From Salmonella phage BRM 13313, in sequence record ON169962.1: a stretch of DNA of 32,000 nt. The stretch is one strand, 5' to 3'. The translations under genes and the position numbers were made by a program. The notes under the pieces were generated by a model, which saw only the letters and a list, made by a program, of their open reading frames with translations, did not search any database and was not told the origin of the DNA. Every line of letters starts with the position of its first letter. Within the stretch, counting starts at the first letter, position 1. Below are positions 8,958 to 17,985 of the stretch, in pieces.

Positions 8958-9767
8958 TTACACCACAGCCAGTTCACAACGGGCGGAAGTTACAGAATGG
9001 CCGTCCGCGTCTTCTACAACACACCAGTACTCACCCTCAGAAGCAGCGGTGACAGCGTGGTTGACCAGAGACGCAGTCGCTGCTGTTGGGTTAACACCAG
9101 CATCAATCACCACACCTTCGCCGCCAGGGGTGTCAGAGTAATACCACGCATAAGAGTACGGCGTGGTGCCGCCAGCAGCAACGATAGTGAATGTCGCATC
9201 AGCGCCGTCGGCCACGTCCTGAGAAGCAGCCAGATCGGTTGTCAACGACAACAGTCCTGCGATGGTGATGACGGTAGAATCGGTGTGATTCCCTTCAACC
9301 GTGACACCATAAACCGTTACAGTTCCTGAAGCCAGCAATTTGAATTTACCACCACCGACATGTACAGCTTTCGTAATATCACCAGAATACCAATTAACGC
9401 CTTGATATGTGGCATTGGCAGGGGATACCGTCGCTAGCAATTCAACAAATTGTCCGATCTCTCCGCTGGCTGTAGCTGGAGTAATCACAAGTCCGGTGGT
9501 TAAAATAGCATTCGGATCGTGGATTTCATAAGATACTTGAAAGCCGATAGGCTTGGTGGGATCCACTTTGGTGACACCGTCCGCTTGTAAATTGCTCTTG
9601 GTGAGCAGAGCGTCAAGACCTTTACATTCGGTCAGGATCTCGTCAGGATCTTGGTTGAGGCTGGTCTTTTGCCAACCCTTTGCAACACCCGTCACGACAT
9701 GATTGCGTTCGGTTTCGGGTTTGTTGCGGACAACTTCCGGTGCGACTAATACTGTGATTGTTGGCAT
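8958..9767 (-). CDS. Ig-like domain protein, possible virion decoration or structural protein
   Basis: Two Ig-like segments: LVITPATASGEIGQFVELLATVSP... and ...YAWYYSDTPGG...EGEYWCVVEDADGHSVTS. ATG at 9767 has a GGAGGA SD. Confidence 0.75.
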   Translation of the reverse strand: MPTITVLVAPEVVRNKPETERNHVVTGVAKGWQKTSLNQDPDEILTECKGLDALLTKSNLQADGVTKVDPTKPIGFQVSYEIHDPNAILTTGLVITPATASGEIGQFVELLATVSPANATYQGVNWYSGDITKAVHVGGGKFKLLASGTVTVYGVTVEGNHTDSTVITIAGLLSLTTDLAASQDVADGADATFTIVAAGGTTPYSYAWYYSDTPGGEGVVIDAGVNPTAATASLVNHAVTAASEGEYWCVVEDADGHSVTSARCELAVV

Positions 9768-10138
9768 GGTTTCCTCCACTCATCCAAATCGTTGTTCAGA
9801 GCCATCATCAGCTCATTATCTGGTTCGTATGAACCGGAACATAAATCATCTCGCCAAACTCCTAACGTCAACAGCGCTGCTTTAAGACGAGGATGTTGGT
9901 TCTTATCCGTTTTCAACACCAACATTCGGCACACGGCTTCGGTTTCAAAGGTATTGAAAAGGATAATCAATTGATTGATAAGTACGCGAGGACTTTTCCC
10001 TGGCACAAATCTTTTCAATGATTGATTAATTAGCGAAATTCGCTGAATGTCTACCATCAAATCATCTCTTGAGACACCAGGGGTGATATAATGTCTTAGA
10101 GCGTACTCCATCAAATTGCTTTCGTCAACGATAGCCAT
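9746..10138 (-). CDS. hypothetical protein
   Basis: 130 aa ORF overlapping the Ig-domain gene start by 22 nt. Confidence 0.6.
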   Translation of the reverse strand: MAIVDESNLMEYALRHYITPGVSRDDLMVDIQRISLINQSLKRFVPGKSPRVLINQLIILFNTFETEAVCRMLVLKTDKNQHPRLKAALLTLGVWRDDLCSGSYEPDNELMMALNNDLDEWRKPCQQSQY

Positions 10139-10170
10139 ATTGAATTATAATCAGCAGTTATACACTGGGA

Positions 10171-10584
10171 TTATTTAATCTGCAGTTTTTCAGTCAATTG
10201 CGAGATTATTTCATTACGGTCAGTCGCGTCGATACCCAGGGGTTCCGCAAGTGTCTTAAGATCATTGATATCGAGCAAGAGAAGGACTTCAACCGTAATA
10301 TCGGTTGATACCACAGTACCTGGTTTCATAGGTTTACCGAATTTATCTAACCCATAACGGCGCAAAGTTCCGGCAAGTCCGGTGAGTTCCTCTAGAAGCT
10401 CCTTAGAGCCGTCTTTATATTCACACACCCAACCGTAGTCACCAGCGTAGACAATACCGCCGTCGCCGCCCTGAGGGATGTTATCCACCACACGCTGAAG
10501 ATAACTTGGAAGTTTATTTTCTTCCTGTGCAGTGATTTCTTGAATGGTTTGGGTGTTTTCAATTTTCTTTTGTGTCTTCGCCAT
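10171..10584 (-). CDS. hypothetical protein
   Basis: Start placed at the internal ATG 10584 (MAKTQKKIE...) preceded by AGGAG. The upstream extension in the track is hydrophobic and unconvincing. Confidence 0.65.
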   Translation of the reverse strand: MAKTQKKIENTQTIQEITAQEENKLPSYLQRVVDNIPQGGDGGIVYAGDYGWVCEYKDGSKELLEELTGLAGTLRRYGLDKFGKPMKPGTVVSTDITVEVLLLLDINDLKTLAEPLGIDATDRNEIISQLTEKLQIK

Positions 10585-10858
10585 GATCAGTTCTCCTATA
10601 GACTGTAATATATTTACCACAACAATTGCAGCAATAAACATGCATGGAATATCCGTCGTCGTTAAAGTCACAGCCGCCACAACGACAAAATAATTTCACG
10701 AACTGGTCGCCTATGACTTCTCTCGGAGGAAAATTCCTGAACGAGTATTCCTTGAGTTCTCCATCAAATTGGAATGAATCAACAAGGAACTTTGTTTTTC
10801 GGCGCAGTGATCCAAATGCCTGTTGCTCATACAAGAAGTAAACATCTCTGGTTTCCAT
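10559..10858 (-). CDS. possible small Cys-rich (zinc-finger-like) protein
   Basis: 99 aa ORF with CRCGGC...VYCCNCC and a GAGG SD 5 nt upstream. It overlaps the next start and its upstream region, so it is tentative. Confidence 0.4.
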   Translation of the reverse strand: METRDVYFLYEQQAFGSLRRKTKFLVDSFQFDGELKEYSFRNFPPREVIGDQFVKLFCRCGGCDFNDDGYSMHVYCCNCCGKYITVYRRTDHGEDTKEN

Positions 10859-10871
10859 ATCGACCTCAAAG

Positions 10872-10897
10872 AAAAGGAGGCCGAAGCCCCCTCTTTT
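10872..10897 (-). terminator. terminator-like hairpin with TTCG loop (GGGGGC-TTCG-GCCTCC-TTTTC)
   Basis: Located just downstream of the rIIB stop; one mismatch in the stem. Confidence 0.7.
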
Positions 10898-10911
10898 ATG
10901 TCAGTTCGCGG

Positions 10912-12495
10912 TTACTTGTATAGACCTTCAACATCAATGGATTTATGTTGGCGGTTGTATTCCGTGGTGTAATCGTCTAATACCAGATATTCACAGCAGC
11001 GGATTTTACTGGAGCCATAATCATCAGTGATAGACACGATATCTTTCGGGTTCAGTTTGCAACGGACAACGCGTTGTCCCAGGCTACCAAAACATTGTTT
11101 CAGATAAGCCAGAGAACAAACGTGAAGACCGTAAGAGCACAGATCTTTGTTGTTATCGTTCACGAATGAGCGAGCCATCCGAACAATGGTGCCAGGAGCA
11201 TTACTAACTTTTCCTGTGCGCTTGTCCATGTAGTTACCGCGAACGGATTTATACAGGATGATATCACCGTCTTCATGAATTTCGATATCCGAATATGCCA
11301 TGAATTCATAGATTCGACCGGACTGAACCAGCGCGGCGCTCGGGTTTTGGAACATTTTGTCCAGGAAACGACCCAAGCGTTCCAAGTTCGGATAATCGCC
11401 TTTTAATGCCAAAGCCAAAATGCGTTTGGCAACGGAAGTTCCGGTGATATCATAGCCACCCCAGCGAACACGATTGTCTGAAAGGTCAACCATGCCTGTG
11501 GTGAATTGTTTGATGGCTTCACGCGGTTTCATCAGAGTGTACGCTGTTTTGACGTCACGATTTTTAATCGCTTCAACAATACGGTCATACGCCTGGTGGC
11601 TCGTTGTGATCGTTTCCGGTTTACCATCAACCACGATCACGATACTTTCCGGCAAAATCATGATCTGGTGTTCGTTCAGGAACACAGACAGATCTTTTTC
11701 ATTAAATGAATTCTGAGTTTGCTTGTCGCCTGTTTCTCCAACAACTGCAACAGTCTTGACCACGAATAATACGGATGACAATGCCAGACGAAGTGTACGG
11801 CCTAAAATTACATCAAAGTAACCCACGCGCCGACGGGCATCAAGGGAACCGCGCATCGGGTATGTTTCGCCGTCATGTTGTACACTGATTACCACGCCAT
11901 CATTGACTTTGGTAACGCCATCAACCAGTGCTGTCGCCAATTCGGCCAACGGCGAAATATTTTCTTCATTGAAGCGGCTTGACCGAGTTTCTAACGGTTT
12001 CAGTTCTTCGCTTCTGAAAAGTTTGGCCTGAATAGCAGCAGAGCTATCGTAACGCATACAGATAAACACTGTTTGGTTTTCCAGGAAACGGCCAACATAC
12101 CATTCTTCGCCTTCAGAATCGACAGACACCGAACCTTCCAGAACTTCATAGGTGTCGGGGATTTTCCCTTCTTCAGTCAATTCTTTAATTGGCGAAATCA
12201 CGACCACGTTATTAGATTCTTTGATGATACGAACCATCAGGGCGCGGGCAATTGTTTTGGCACTGACGCCATAAACTGATGCCAGAGAAGAATTGCTTTC
12301 ACCTTTGCTGCTCTTGGTTTGTATTTCTTGAATCTGTTCAGTGGTCAGAGACTTAATCGAAGCTGGATCCACTCCCAGTTCTTTATCCGACACGCGTTGT
12401 ATCATTGAGCGCGGTACGCCCAATTCACTGGCTATTGAACTTTGACTTCTGTTCTCATTCAACAGCTTGAGAATACGTTTTTCTATAGCATTCAT
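10912..12495 (-). CDS. rIIB: rIIB-like protein
   Basis: N-terminal HTH-like repeats and C-terminal FLDKMFQNPSAALVQSGRIYEFMAYSDIEIHEDGDIILYKSVRGNYMDKRTGKVSNAPGTIVRMARSFVNDNNKDLCSYGLHVCS, typical of the rIIB family. Adjacent to rIIA. Confidence 0.88.
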   Translation of the reverse strand: MNAIEKRILKLLNENRSQSSIASELGVPRSMIQRVSDKELGVDPASIKSLTTEQIQEIQTKSSKGESNSSLASVYGVSAKTIARALMVRIIKESNNVVVISPIKELTEEGKIPDTYEVLEGSVSVDSEGEEWYVGRFLENQTVFICMRYDSSAAIQAKLFRSEELKPLETRSSRFNEENISPLAELATALVDGVTKVNDGVVISVQHDGETYPMRGSLDARRRVGYFDVILGRTLRLALSSVLFVVKTVAVVGETGDKQTQNSFNEKDLSVFLNEHQIMILPESIVIVVDGKPETITTSHQAYDRIVEAIKNRDVKTAYTLMKPREAIKQFTTGMVDLSDNRVRWGGYDITGTSVAKRILALALKGDYPNLERLGRFLDKMFQNPSAALVQSGRIYEFMAYSDIEIHEDGDIILYKSVRGNYMDKRTGKVSNAPGTIVRMARSFVNDNNKDLCSYGLHVCSLAYLKQCFGSLGQRVVRCKLNPKDIVSITDDYGSSKIRCCEYLVLDDYTTEYNRQHKSIDVEGLYK

Positions 12496-12527
12496 CTTGT
12501 AGTTCTCACTGTGGGGTAATGGGGCTA

Positions 12528-15269
12528 TTATGCCCCGAGAATACGTTTTGAAATAGCCTTCACAAATCTAGTGGCATCTTCAATCGCGTTGTGTGCCGAA
12601 GGCTGATATGTTGACATCATGAATTTCACCAAACGATGACATTCAACTCGGTATCGGTTTTTGGCCTTTTGCTTTTGAGATATAGTGCTAGTGACCTTTA
12701 TCTCATCAAATCCTTCAGCAGTTAATTTTTCATTCAATAAATCAACAACTTGAGTTAACTGGTTACAGGCGCGGAAAAATCTCGTAGTTGAGAAAGGCAT
12801 TTCTATATGATAATGTAATTCCTCAACAGCCTTGCGGAAATAACCGTACCCCGATCCAGACGGATTTCGTTTGGCCAGCATACGAACAATCTTCCATTCT
12901 TCTTCAGTGATTTGTTGTTTCGCATAACTGATGATTGCTTTTGCCCTGTGTTGATGATGGGCATAGCCATCCGTAACTTTTCCATGGGAATCAATCAACA
13001 GCTTGGCACCATAATCAATGCGATGAGACATGATGTTTATGCCCTTGCGAAGTTTCAGGAGTTTCTTAGATTCAAGCGCCTGAAATTCATCTTTATAATG
13101 CTCAAGCAACATATCAAACACTGCGTCAATGGGGATGAATACTTCTGGGAATTTCTTCATCATCGGAACAGATTTACGACGCGCAAGAACGATTGTTGGA
13201 TGTGCTCCCAGCAAATCAAACAGGTTTTCGTTTCCATTCTCGCCGAACTTCGTTCTTTCCATCGCTTCACGCAAATGTCCAGCCGCGGATTGTCGTAAGG
13301 TATTACCATGAATTTTATGGATACCTTCTCGGCCAGATACTTCGATATATACGATCTTTTTGCCCGAATCAATAATATCTGAAACGGTTTTTCCATCTAA
13401 TTCATAAACGCGGTCGAAGTTAAATGAATTGTAATGGAAACTAAACATCCCAGGATCTTTTTCAACGGTCGGGCGAACATATTCCATTTCATGCATGAAA
13501 TAGACTTCATCCGGATTGAATAAATCGCCAAAGACCTCGATCAGTTTATCGGCAAAGACCAGGTAGTCCGGCGTTGTTTCTTGTACACCGATCCATGATT
13601 CAAAATAAGACTTCAATTCCTCATGGTTGGTAAATGATTCTTTATGTGCCGCCAGCTGATTCCGATTACTGAAATAATTTTCATTCGGTTTGACGACGAT
13701 AACGACATTGAAGTTATTGCGTGCTGTTTGTATCTTCAGGTTTCGAGCACGATTCGAGTTATCAATAATAACAGCAATTTTTGATTTAGATTTCAACCAA
13801 TTTCCGACAGAGTTCACATAAATGCTGTCGTGTACTACACCGTTGTCGTGTACTTCAATTTCGTAAGGACTACCAATAGACCGGAAAGGTGCATCCAAAG
13901 AGTAATCGCGCACGACGTCCGGCGCTCCGATATAACGGAACGTGCCTTTGTAGAAACGGTTATCTGCAGGAAATTCTCGCTCCACTAATTTACGGAAACC
14001 GCTACCGAACATATCGGTCAATTGAGCCTTCTTCATATAAAGCATAAGAGGACCCATAGATTCGGCCTGGCGAAGTTCATACATCTTCGCCTGCATAATA
14101 TTGTCAGCCACATATTTGAACACTCGGTTCAGGCTTTCACGGGTGAACTCGTCATATGACAAGTCTTCACGTGATGGAGGAACATTCAATTCTCCAAGTT
14201 CGAAGAAGGTATAGGAACTCGGGAATTTTTCCAGCACGGTGCATATTTCAGAGTCCAATTGGTCGAGATCTATCGGGTAAGAAACCCCGCCCATGACAGC
14301 ATAGTGGATGTTGTCGGAATCTGACTTCGGTTGGATATATGTGTTGCCTACACGGTTTTCGAAGTTGATGTCAGACCAACGGAAAGAATAACTGGCGTTT
14401 TCAACCTTCGGTCGCATTGAAGGTCGCATCACTCGACCCAAACGGACCAACTCTTGTTCAAAGGCGGTAAACCGCTGATTCTTTACAGGAACTTTAACAG
14501 TCAGGCCGTTGAACTCATCAGTGTCCTCCGGTTTAGGATCACGGGTATCTAAATCCTTGGTAATGAGATCCACAGTTGGGATTCTGTCCGCATTCAGATA
14601 CATCAGGAAACGATACAGTTTCCCTTCATAGCGACTTTCTACTGTAAATGAATCAGATACAGCAAATGGGGATTTAGAACCTAGCCCAAACGCCCCTATT
14701 TGCCCGTCGTCGTCCTCTTTTGTACTATGGAAGAGTGTTGTATACAAACCAGGTCCACGAATGATCTCGCCATCCTCAGCGCGGAATACCAGTACCCCAT
14801 TATAATAACCAGGTGTACCAATAACAGCAGTGCTATCAGGGATTTCGTCTTCCTTCACGACGATATTACCTTCAACCAGCACTTCATCTTCACGCGCTGT
14901 AATAGGCTCGCCGATGATCATTTCTAATGGAAGACCAACCCCATAATCTTTAATTTCCAGCCAGGGTTCCATAACATCCGGTAAATGTACAACAACAGGA
15001 GTTCCCTTGGGGGCAAGATGTTTGCTGTATCGTTGAGGCATAGGAGTGAGAGGAGCATAATGCGATGGCATCCAGCGTTGTTGGCGATCACGCATATTAT
15101 GTGAGTCTATACCATTACACAACGTCTCACGCAAAGACGCCGCCTCTTTATATTTGTAGAGACTTGAAAATAATGTTTCAAATAATTTATCCGTCATCTT
15201 GACATTGAATGTCTGTCCGACGATGGTAGAAGAAGAGCGCACGAAATGCTCGGACTTGCGCATTTTCAT
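12528..15269 (-). CDS. rIIA: rIIA-like GHKL-ATPase protein
   Basis: 913 aa; LRETLCNGIDSHN, IKDYGVGLP and IGAFGLGSKSPF motifs; immediately upstream of rIIB. Confidence 0.88.
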   Translation of the reverse strand: MKMRKSEHFVRSSSTIVGQTFNVKMTDKLFETLFSSLYKYKEAASLRETLCNGIDSHNMRDRQQRWMPSHYAPLTPMPQRYSKHLAPKGTPVVVHLPDVMEPWLEIKDYGVGLPLEMIIGEPITAREDEVLVEGNIVVKEDEIPDSTAVIGTPGYYNGVLVFRAEDGEIIRGPGLYTTLFHSTKEDDDGQIGAFGLGSKSPFAVSDSFTVESRYEGKLYRFLMYLNADRIPTVDLITKDLDTRDPKPEDTDEFNGLTVKVPVKNQRFTAFEQELVRLGRVMRPSMRPKVENASYSFRWSDINFENRVGNTYIQPKSDSDNIHYAVMGGVSYPIDLDQLDSEICTVLEKFPSSYTFFELGELNVPPSREDLSYDEFTRESLNRVFKYVADNIMQAKMYELRQAESMGPLMLYMKKAQLTDMFGSGFRKLVEREFPADNRFYKGTFRYIGAPDVVRDYSLDAPFRSIGSPYEIEVHDNGVVHDSIYVNSVGNWLKSKSKIAVIIDNSNRARNLKIQTARNNFNVVIVVKPNENYFSNRNQLAAHKESFTNHEELKSYFESWIGVQETTPDYLVFADKLIEVFGDLFNPDEVYFMHEMEYVRPTVEKDPGMFSFHYNSFNFDRVYELDGKTVSDIIDSGKKIVYIEVSGREGIHKIHGNTLRQSAAGHLREAMERTKFGENGNENLFDLLGAHPTIVLARRKSVPMMKKFPEVFIPIDAVFDMLLEHYKDEFQALESKKLLKLRKGINIMSHRIDYGAKLLIDSHGKVTDGYAHHQHRAKAIISYAKQQITEEEWKIVRMLAKRNPSGSGYGYFRKAVEELHYHIEMPFSTTRFFRACNQLTQVVDLLNEKLTAEGFDEIKVTSTISQKQKAKNRYRVECHRLVKFMMSTYQPSAHNAIEDATRFVKAISKRILGA

Positions 15270-15346
15270 AGTATAGAATTCCTGTTCAGATCAAAGAAGA
15301 ACACATTATTGGGTAAGGTTATGATACTGGCGGGTGGTTCAATAGA

Positions 15347-15368
15347 AAAGCCTCCAATCGGAGGCTTT
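15347..15368 (-). terminator. intrinsic terminator AAAGCCTCC-GATT-GGAGGCTTT-TCTATT
   Basis: Perfect 9 bp stem, T-rich tail on the minus strand, between the 15377-15730 gene and rIIA. Confidence 0.8.
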
Positions 15369-15376
15369 AATCAGGA

Positions 15377-15730
15377 TTAACTTCCCTGAACGTTTACAAC
15401 GGTGGCGTTGAAATTGAATATCGGGTGGGTGGCACCTGGCTCTAACGTCTCTTCCAGATAACCCACAATATTGCGTGTCACAGATTTCGGCTCTGCGCGG
15501 GAAGGCTTCGTTGCGCCGAGGTCAATAATGCTCGAAGTGACTTGTTCAACCTGAGTGTGATTGACAACAAAATGATAACGACTACCGAAGGCCGCAACTT
15601 CAACTTCTGTTATTTCTAAACCACTCAATTCAGAGCTGTTCAACTGCTTCACATTCAATTGAGAGCGGAGGTGCTCTACAATATTGCTGTAAACATATTG
15701 TGGTGTGATCAGCTGTTCAATAGAACTCAT
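15377..15730 (-). CDS. hypothetical protein
   Basis: 117 aa ORF, AGGA-type SD upstream. Confidence 0.65.
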   Translation of the reverse strand: MSSIEQLITPQYVYSNIVEHLRSQLNVKQLNSSELSGLEITEVEVAAFGSRYHFVVNHTQVEQVTSSIIDLGATKPSRAEPKSVTRNIVGYLEETLEPGATHPIFNFNATVVNVQGS

Positions 15731-15739
15731 GACATATCC

Positions 15740-15931
15740 TCATTTCTTTGGGGGTTTATTGTTACTTAAACGGATCACCTCTGCTCGAAGGAAGAGGATT
15801 TCATCGGCCATCATTTTACCTTCTTGAAACATAACATGACATCGTGATGATCTGGGTTCACCTTCCGATAATGCGTGAAGGCGATATTCGGGGATGACAT
15901 CATTTACGGCGTTTCTTTTTGTTCTTTCCAT
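15740..15931 (-). CDS. small hypothetical protein
   Basis: Internal ATG at 15931 (MERTKRNAVNDV...) used, limiting overlap with the upstream ORF. Confidence 0.45.
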   Translation of the reverse strand: MERTKRNAVNDVIPEYRLHALSEGEPRSSRCHVMFQEGKMMADEILFLRAEVIRLSNNKPPKK

Positions 15932-16106
15932 GGGTCTTGGCCTTTTTAGGACGACTGACGGAAGGACGAGCATGCCCAGGTTCCCCAGGGGTACACCCTT
16001 GTGCATAACGATGATCATCCCAGAGACGACCATTATGCGTCATATCTTCAGCCATGGCGGACAAAGCAAGGGTTGCTACAGTCGCAGCAGATAATGGTTT
16101 AGACAT
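15900..16106 (-). CDS. small basic hypothetical protein
   Basis: MSKPLSAATVATLALSAMAEDM... with SD AGGAG about 8 nt upstream. Confidence 0.6.
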   Translation of the reverse strand: MSKPLSAATVATLALSAMAEDMTHNGRLWDDHRYAQGCTPGEPGHARPSVSRPKKAKTHGKNKKKRRK

Positions 16107-16544
16107 TTGTTTCTCCTTTTGCTGCATACGACAGAGCTTTTACGATCATAACAGCCAAACCGATAGGAACGTATGCATTGTCGAATTCTTGTTCTATGTT
16201 CTGACGAATTTCATCAGAAGATTGTACTTCAGAGCAGTTCTTACTCTGTCTGCGTTGCTCTTGCTCGACTAGATCTTTGAACAGAAGGTCTTTGAAAGAA
16301 TACTCATCGAATTTTCAAGATACCGTTGGATGCTTGGTTGTTTTACATCCATCGTTTGACGCAAATTGCTAATAGTTGAACTTGCCTGTTCGCGGTGTTT
16401 GTTCATAACAGCAAAGTTAACGGGCTTGCCCCAAGCATTCATCACTGGATTAGAGCATACTTGGCCAAAGAGATCTTGGAAGGCATCATCCATGTGGATC
16501 AACGCAGTGGCCAATTCTTCATAAGTTGGTTTTTGAGTAGTCAT
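16099..16544 (-). CDS. hypothetical protein, apparently split by a frame change near 16312
   Basis: The 91 aa ORF 16269-16544 continues in another frame as KFDEYSFKDLLFKDLVEQEQRRQ...IEQEFDNAYVPIGLAVMIVKALSYAAKGETNV* to 16099, without its own start codon before the Met near the end. Confidence 0.5.
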
Positions 16545-16912
16545 TTTCGTTTACTCCGATTTTTATATTTCTTAGCCTGACGTTTATGTTGGGCGGCTCC
16601 ATATAGGCGCGGCGGCTTTTGATAACGTTGTGATGCAATTATGTCCCTGTCATCGGCTTCTGCTTCACAATACGAAATATCTGCCTTCCGTAACTGAGCC
16701 ACCGCTTGAGATACCAATGTTTTGCGTTCACTTTCTACCAGATCATCACAAATTATCATGCGTTCACCTGGTTCACAACGACGTTTAGGAATATCGTCTA
16801 CACTGATACATTCTACTTCAACACCTTTCAACTTTTCTTGAAGGATAATGGCCATAGTCCGAGCGCCGATTCCTCCTCCAATAATCGCTATCTTTCTTGG
16901 CTTGTCTGTCAT
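16541..16912 (-). CDS. small Rossmann-like protein
   Basis: RKIAIIGGGIGARTMAIIL (GxGxxG-like) in an approximately 123 aa ORF; start at ATG 16912. Confidence 0.55.
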   Translation of the reverse strand: MTDKPRKIAIIGGGIGARTMAIILQEKLKGVEVECISVDDIPKRRCEPGERMIICDDLVESERKTLVSQAVAQLRKADISYCEAEADDRDIIASQRYQKPPRLYGAAQHKRQAKKYKNRSKRK

Positions 16913-16925
16913 GTTCTTGTCCATG

Positions 16926-16960
16926 AAAAGGGGATAGAGCAATAATACCCTATCCCCATT
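16926..16960 (-). terminator. terminator-like hairpin GGGGATAG...CTATCCCC-TTTT
   Basis: 8 bp inverted repeat followed by TTTT on the minus strand, in the intergenic gap. Confidence 0.8.
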
Positions 16961-16973
16961 TATTGAAGAACTA

Positions 16974-17396
16974 TTAGTCTTCCGAACCTACAATCCCACC
17001 ACGCAGATCCTGTGCTGGCTTACCATCAGGTGCCATGACATAGATGGTATTGATAGTCTCAAACCAAGACAATAAATCAACTCCTTCAGTGTATGGCGTT
17101 ACCGGAACAGAAGTTTTGATTTCTTTCTGTTCATCCTTCAAATCCGGATGACTTCCCGATAGGGTTAACCAAGCGAATCTTCCGTTGGGATAAATAATGC
17201 CTTCTTTGAACATTACAATCTTTTTGCGAGGATTATTGGCTTCGCCCAGACACACCACCAAATGATGTATCATTTCGGGGCGCGTCAACAACGTGTCATC
17301 TTTGATAATGCCCTGCTTGACAGCAGAGATTACCACTTCATCCAGTAACGCCTGTTGCTGTTCCAGCGTCAGAGATTCGGTTAGTTTCACGCTCAT
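16974..17396 (-). CDS. hypothetical protein
   Basis: Start at internal ATG 17396 (MSVKLTESLTLEQQQ...), just after the LemA-like gene. Confidence 0.65.
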   Translation of the reverse strand: MSVKLTESLTLEQQQALLDEVVISAVKQGIIKDDTLLTRPEMIHHLVVCLGEANNPRKKIVMFKEGIIYPNGRFAWLTLSGSHPDLKDEQKEIKTSVPVTPYTEGVDLLSWFETINTIYVMAPDGKPAQDLRGGIVGSED

Positions 17397-17400
17397 AAGA

Positions 17401-17970
17401 TCAGCCTTTGAAGTTAATCGGAGTCTGGACACCAGAGTCAAATGCGGCCTGGGTGCGGGTGTCACTCACCACCTGACATGTCTTGTCAAGATCGATACGC
17501 GGATATCCAAAGATTCCTGCTATCAGAGAACCAGGGAACTGGCCAAGTTTAGTTTCATAGATCGCACATGCGTCCAATTTTTTAGTTTGGCTAATGCGGA
17601 ATTCATCCCGACCTGAGCTGATAACAACCTGAATCTCTTTGTACAAAGATGAATCAAACTGAATATTCTGTTCCTGAATCCATTGCATTACTGCTTTAGA
17701 ACCGTCTGCGCCATAACGGCCTTGGAAAGTATCTTTGATCACTTCCTTCAAACCGTTTTTGTACATGTCAGGAATCTGCGCCGTCTCCTGAACTTTGAGC
17801 GTGTAGTTGCTCAGGTGGTTTTCAGAATCTTTGTTGAACTTTTTGACCTGTTGTTCAATGCGGTTGAATTCATTGAAATAGCTAACCACACTACCAATCC
17901 CAATTACAGCAAATGCTAGAATTGCCAACCCAACGATCCAACCAATTGAAATACCTTTACGCTGCGACAT
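17401..17970 (-). CDS. LemA family-like membrane-anchored protein
   Basis: N-terminal TM, then EFNRIEQQVKKFNKDSENHLSNYTLKVQETAQIPDMY...; SD GGAAG. Confidence 0.7.
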   Translation of the reverse strand: MSQRKGISIGWIVGLAILAFAVIGIGSVVSYFNEFNRIEQQVKKFNKDSENHLSNYTLKVQETAQIPDMYKNGLKEVIKDTFQGRYGADGSKAVMQWIQEQNIQFDSSLYKEIQVVISSGRDEFRISQTKKLDACAIYETKLGQFPGSLIAGIFGYPRIDLDKTCQVVSDTRTQAAFDSGVQTPINFKG

Positions 17971-17985
17971 CTTTACTTCCTCTTG

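Noticed and set aside
16054-16272. 72-aa plus-strand ORF
   Set aside because: Antisense to the probable frameshifted C-terminal coding segment of the 16099-16544 gene; no SD.
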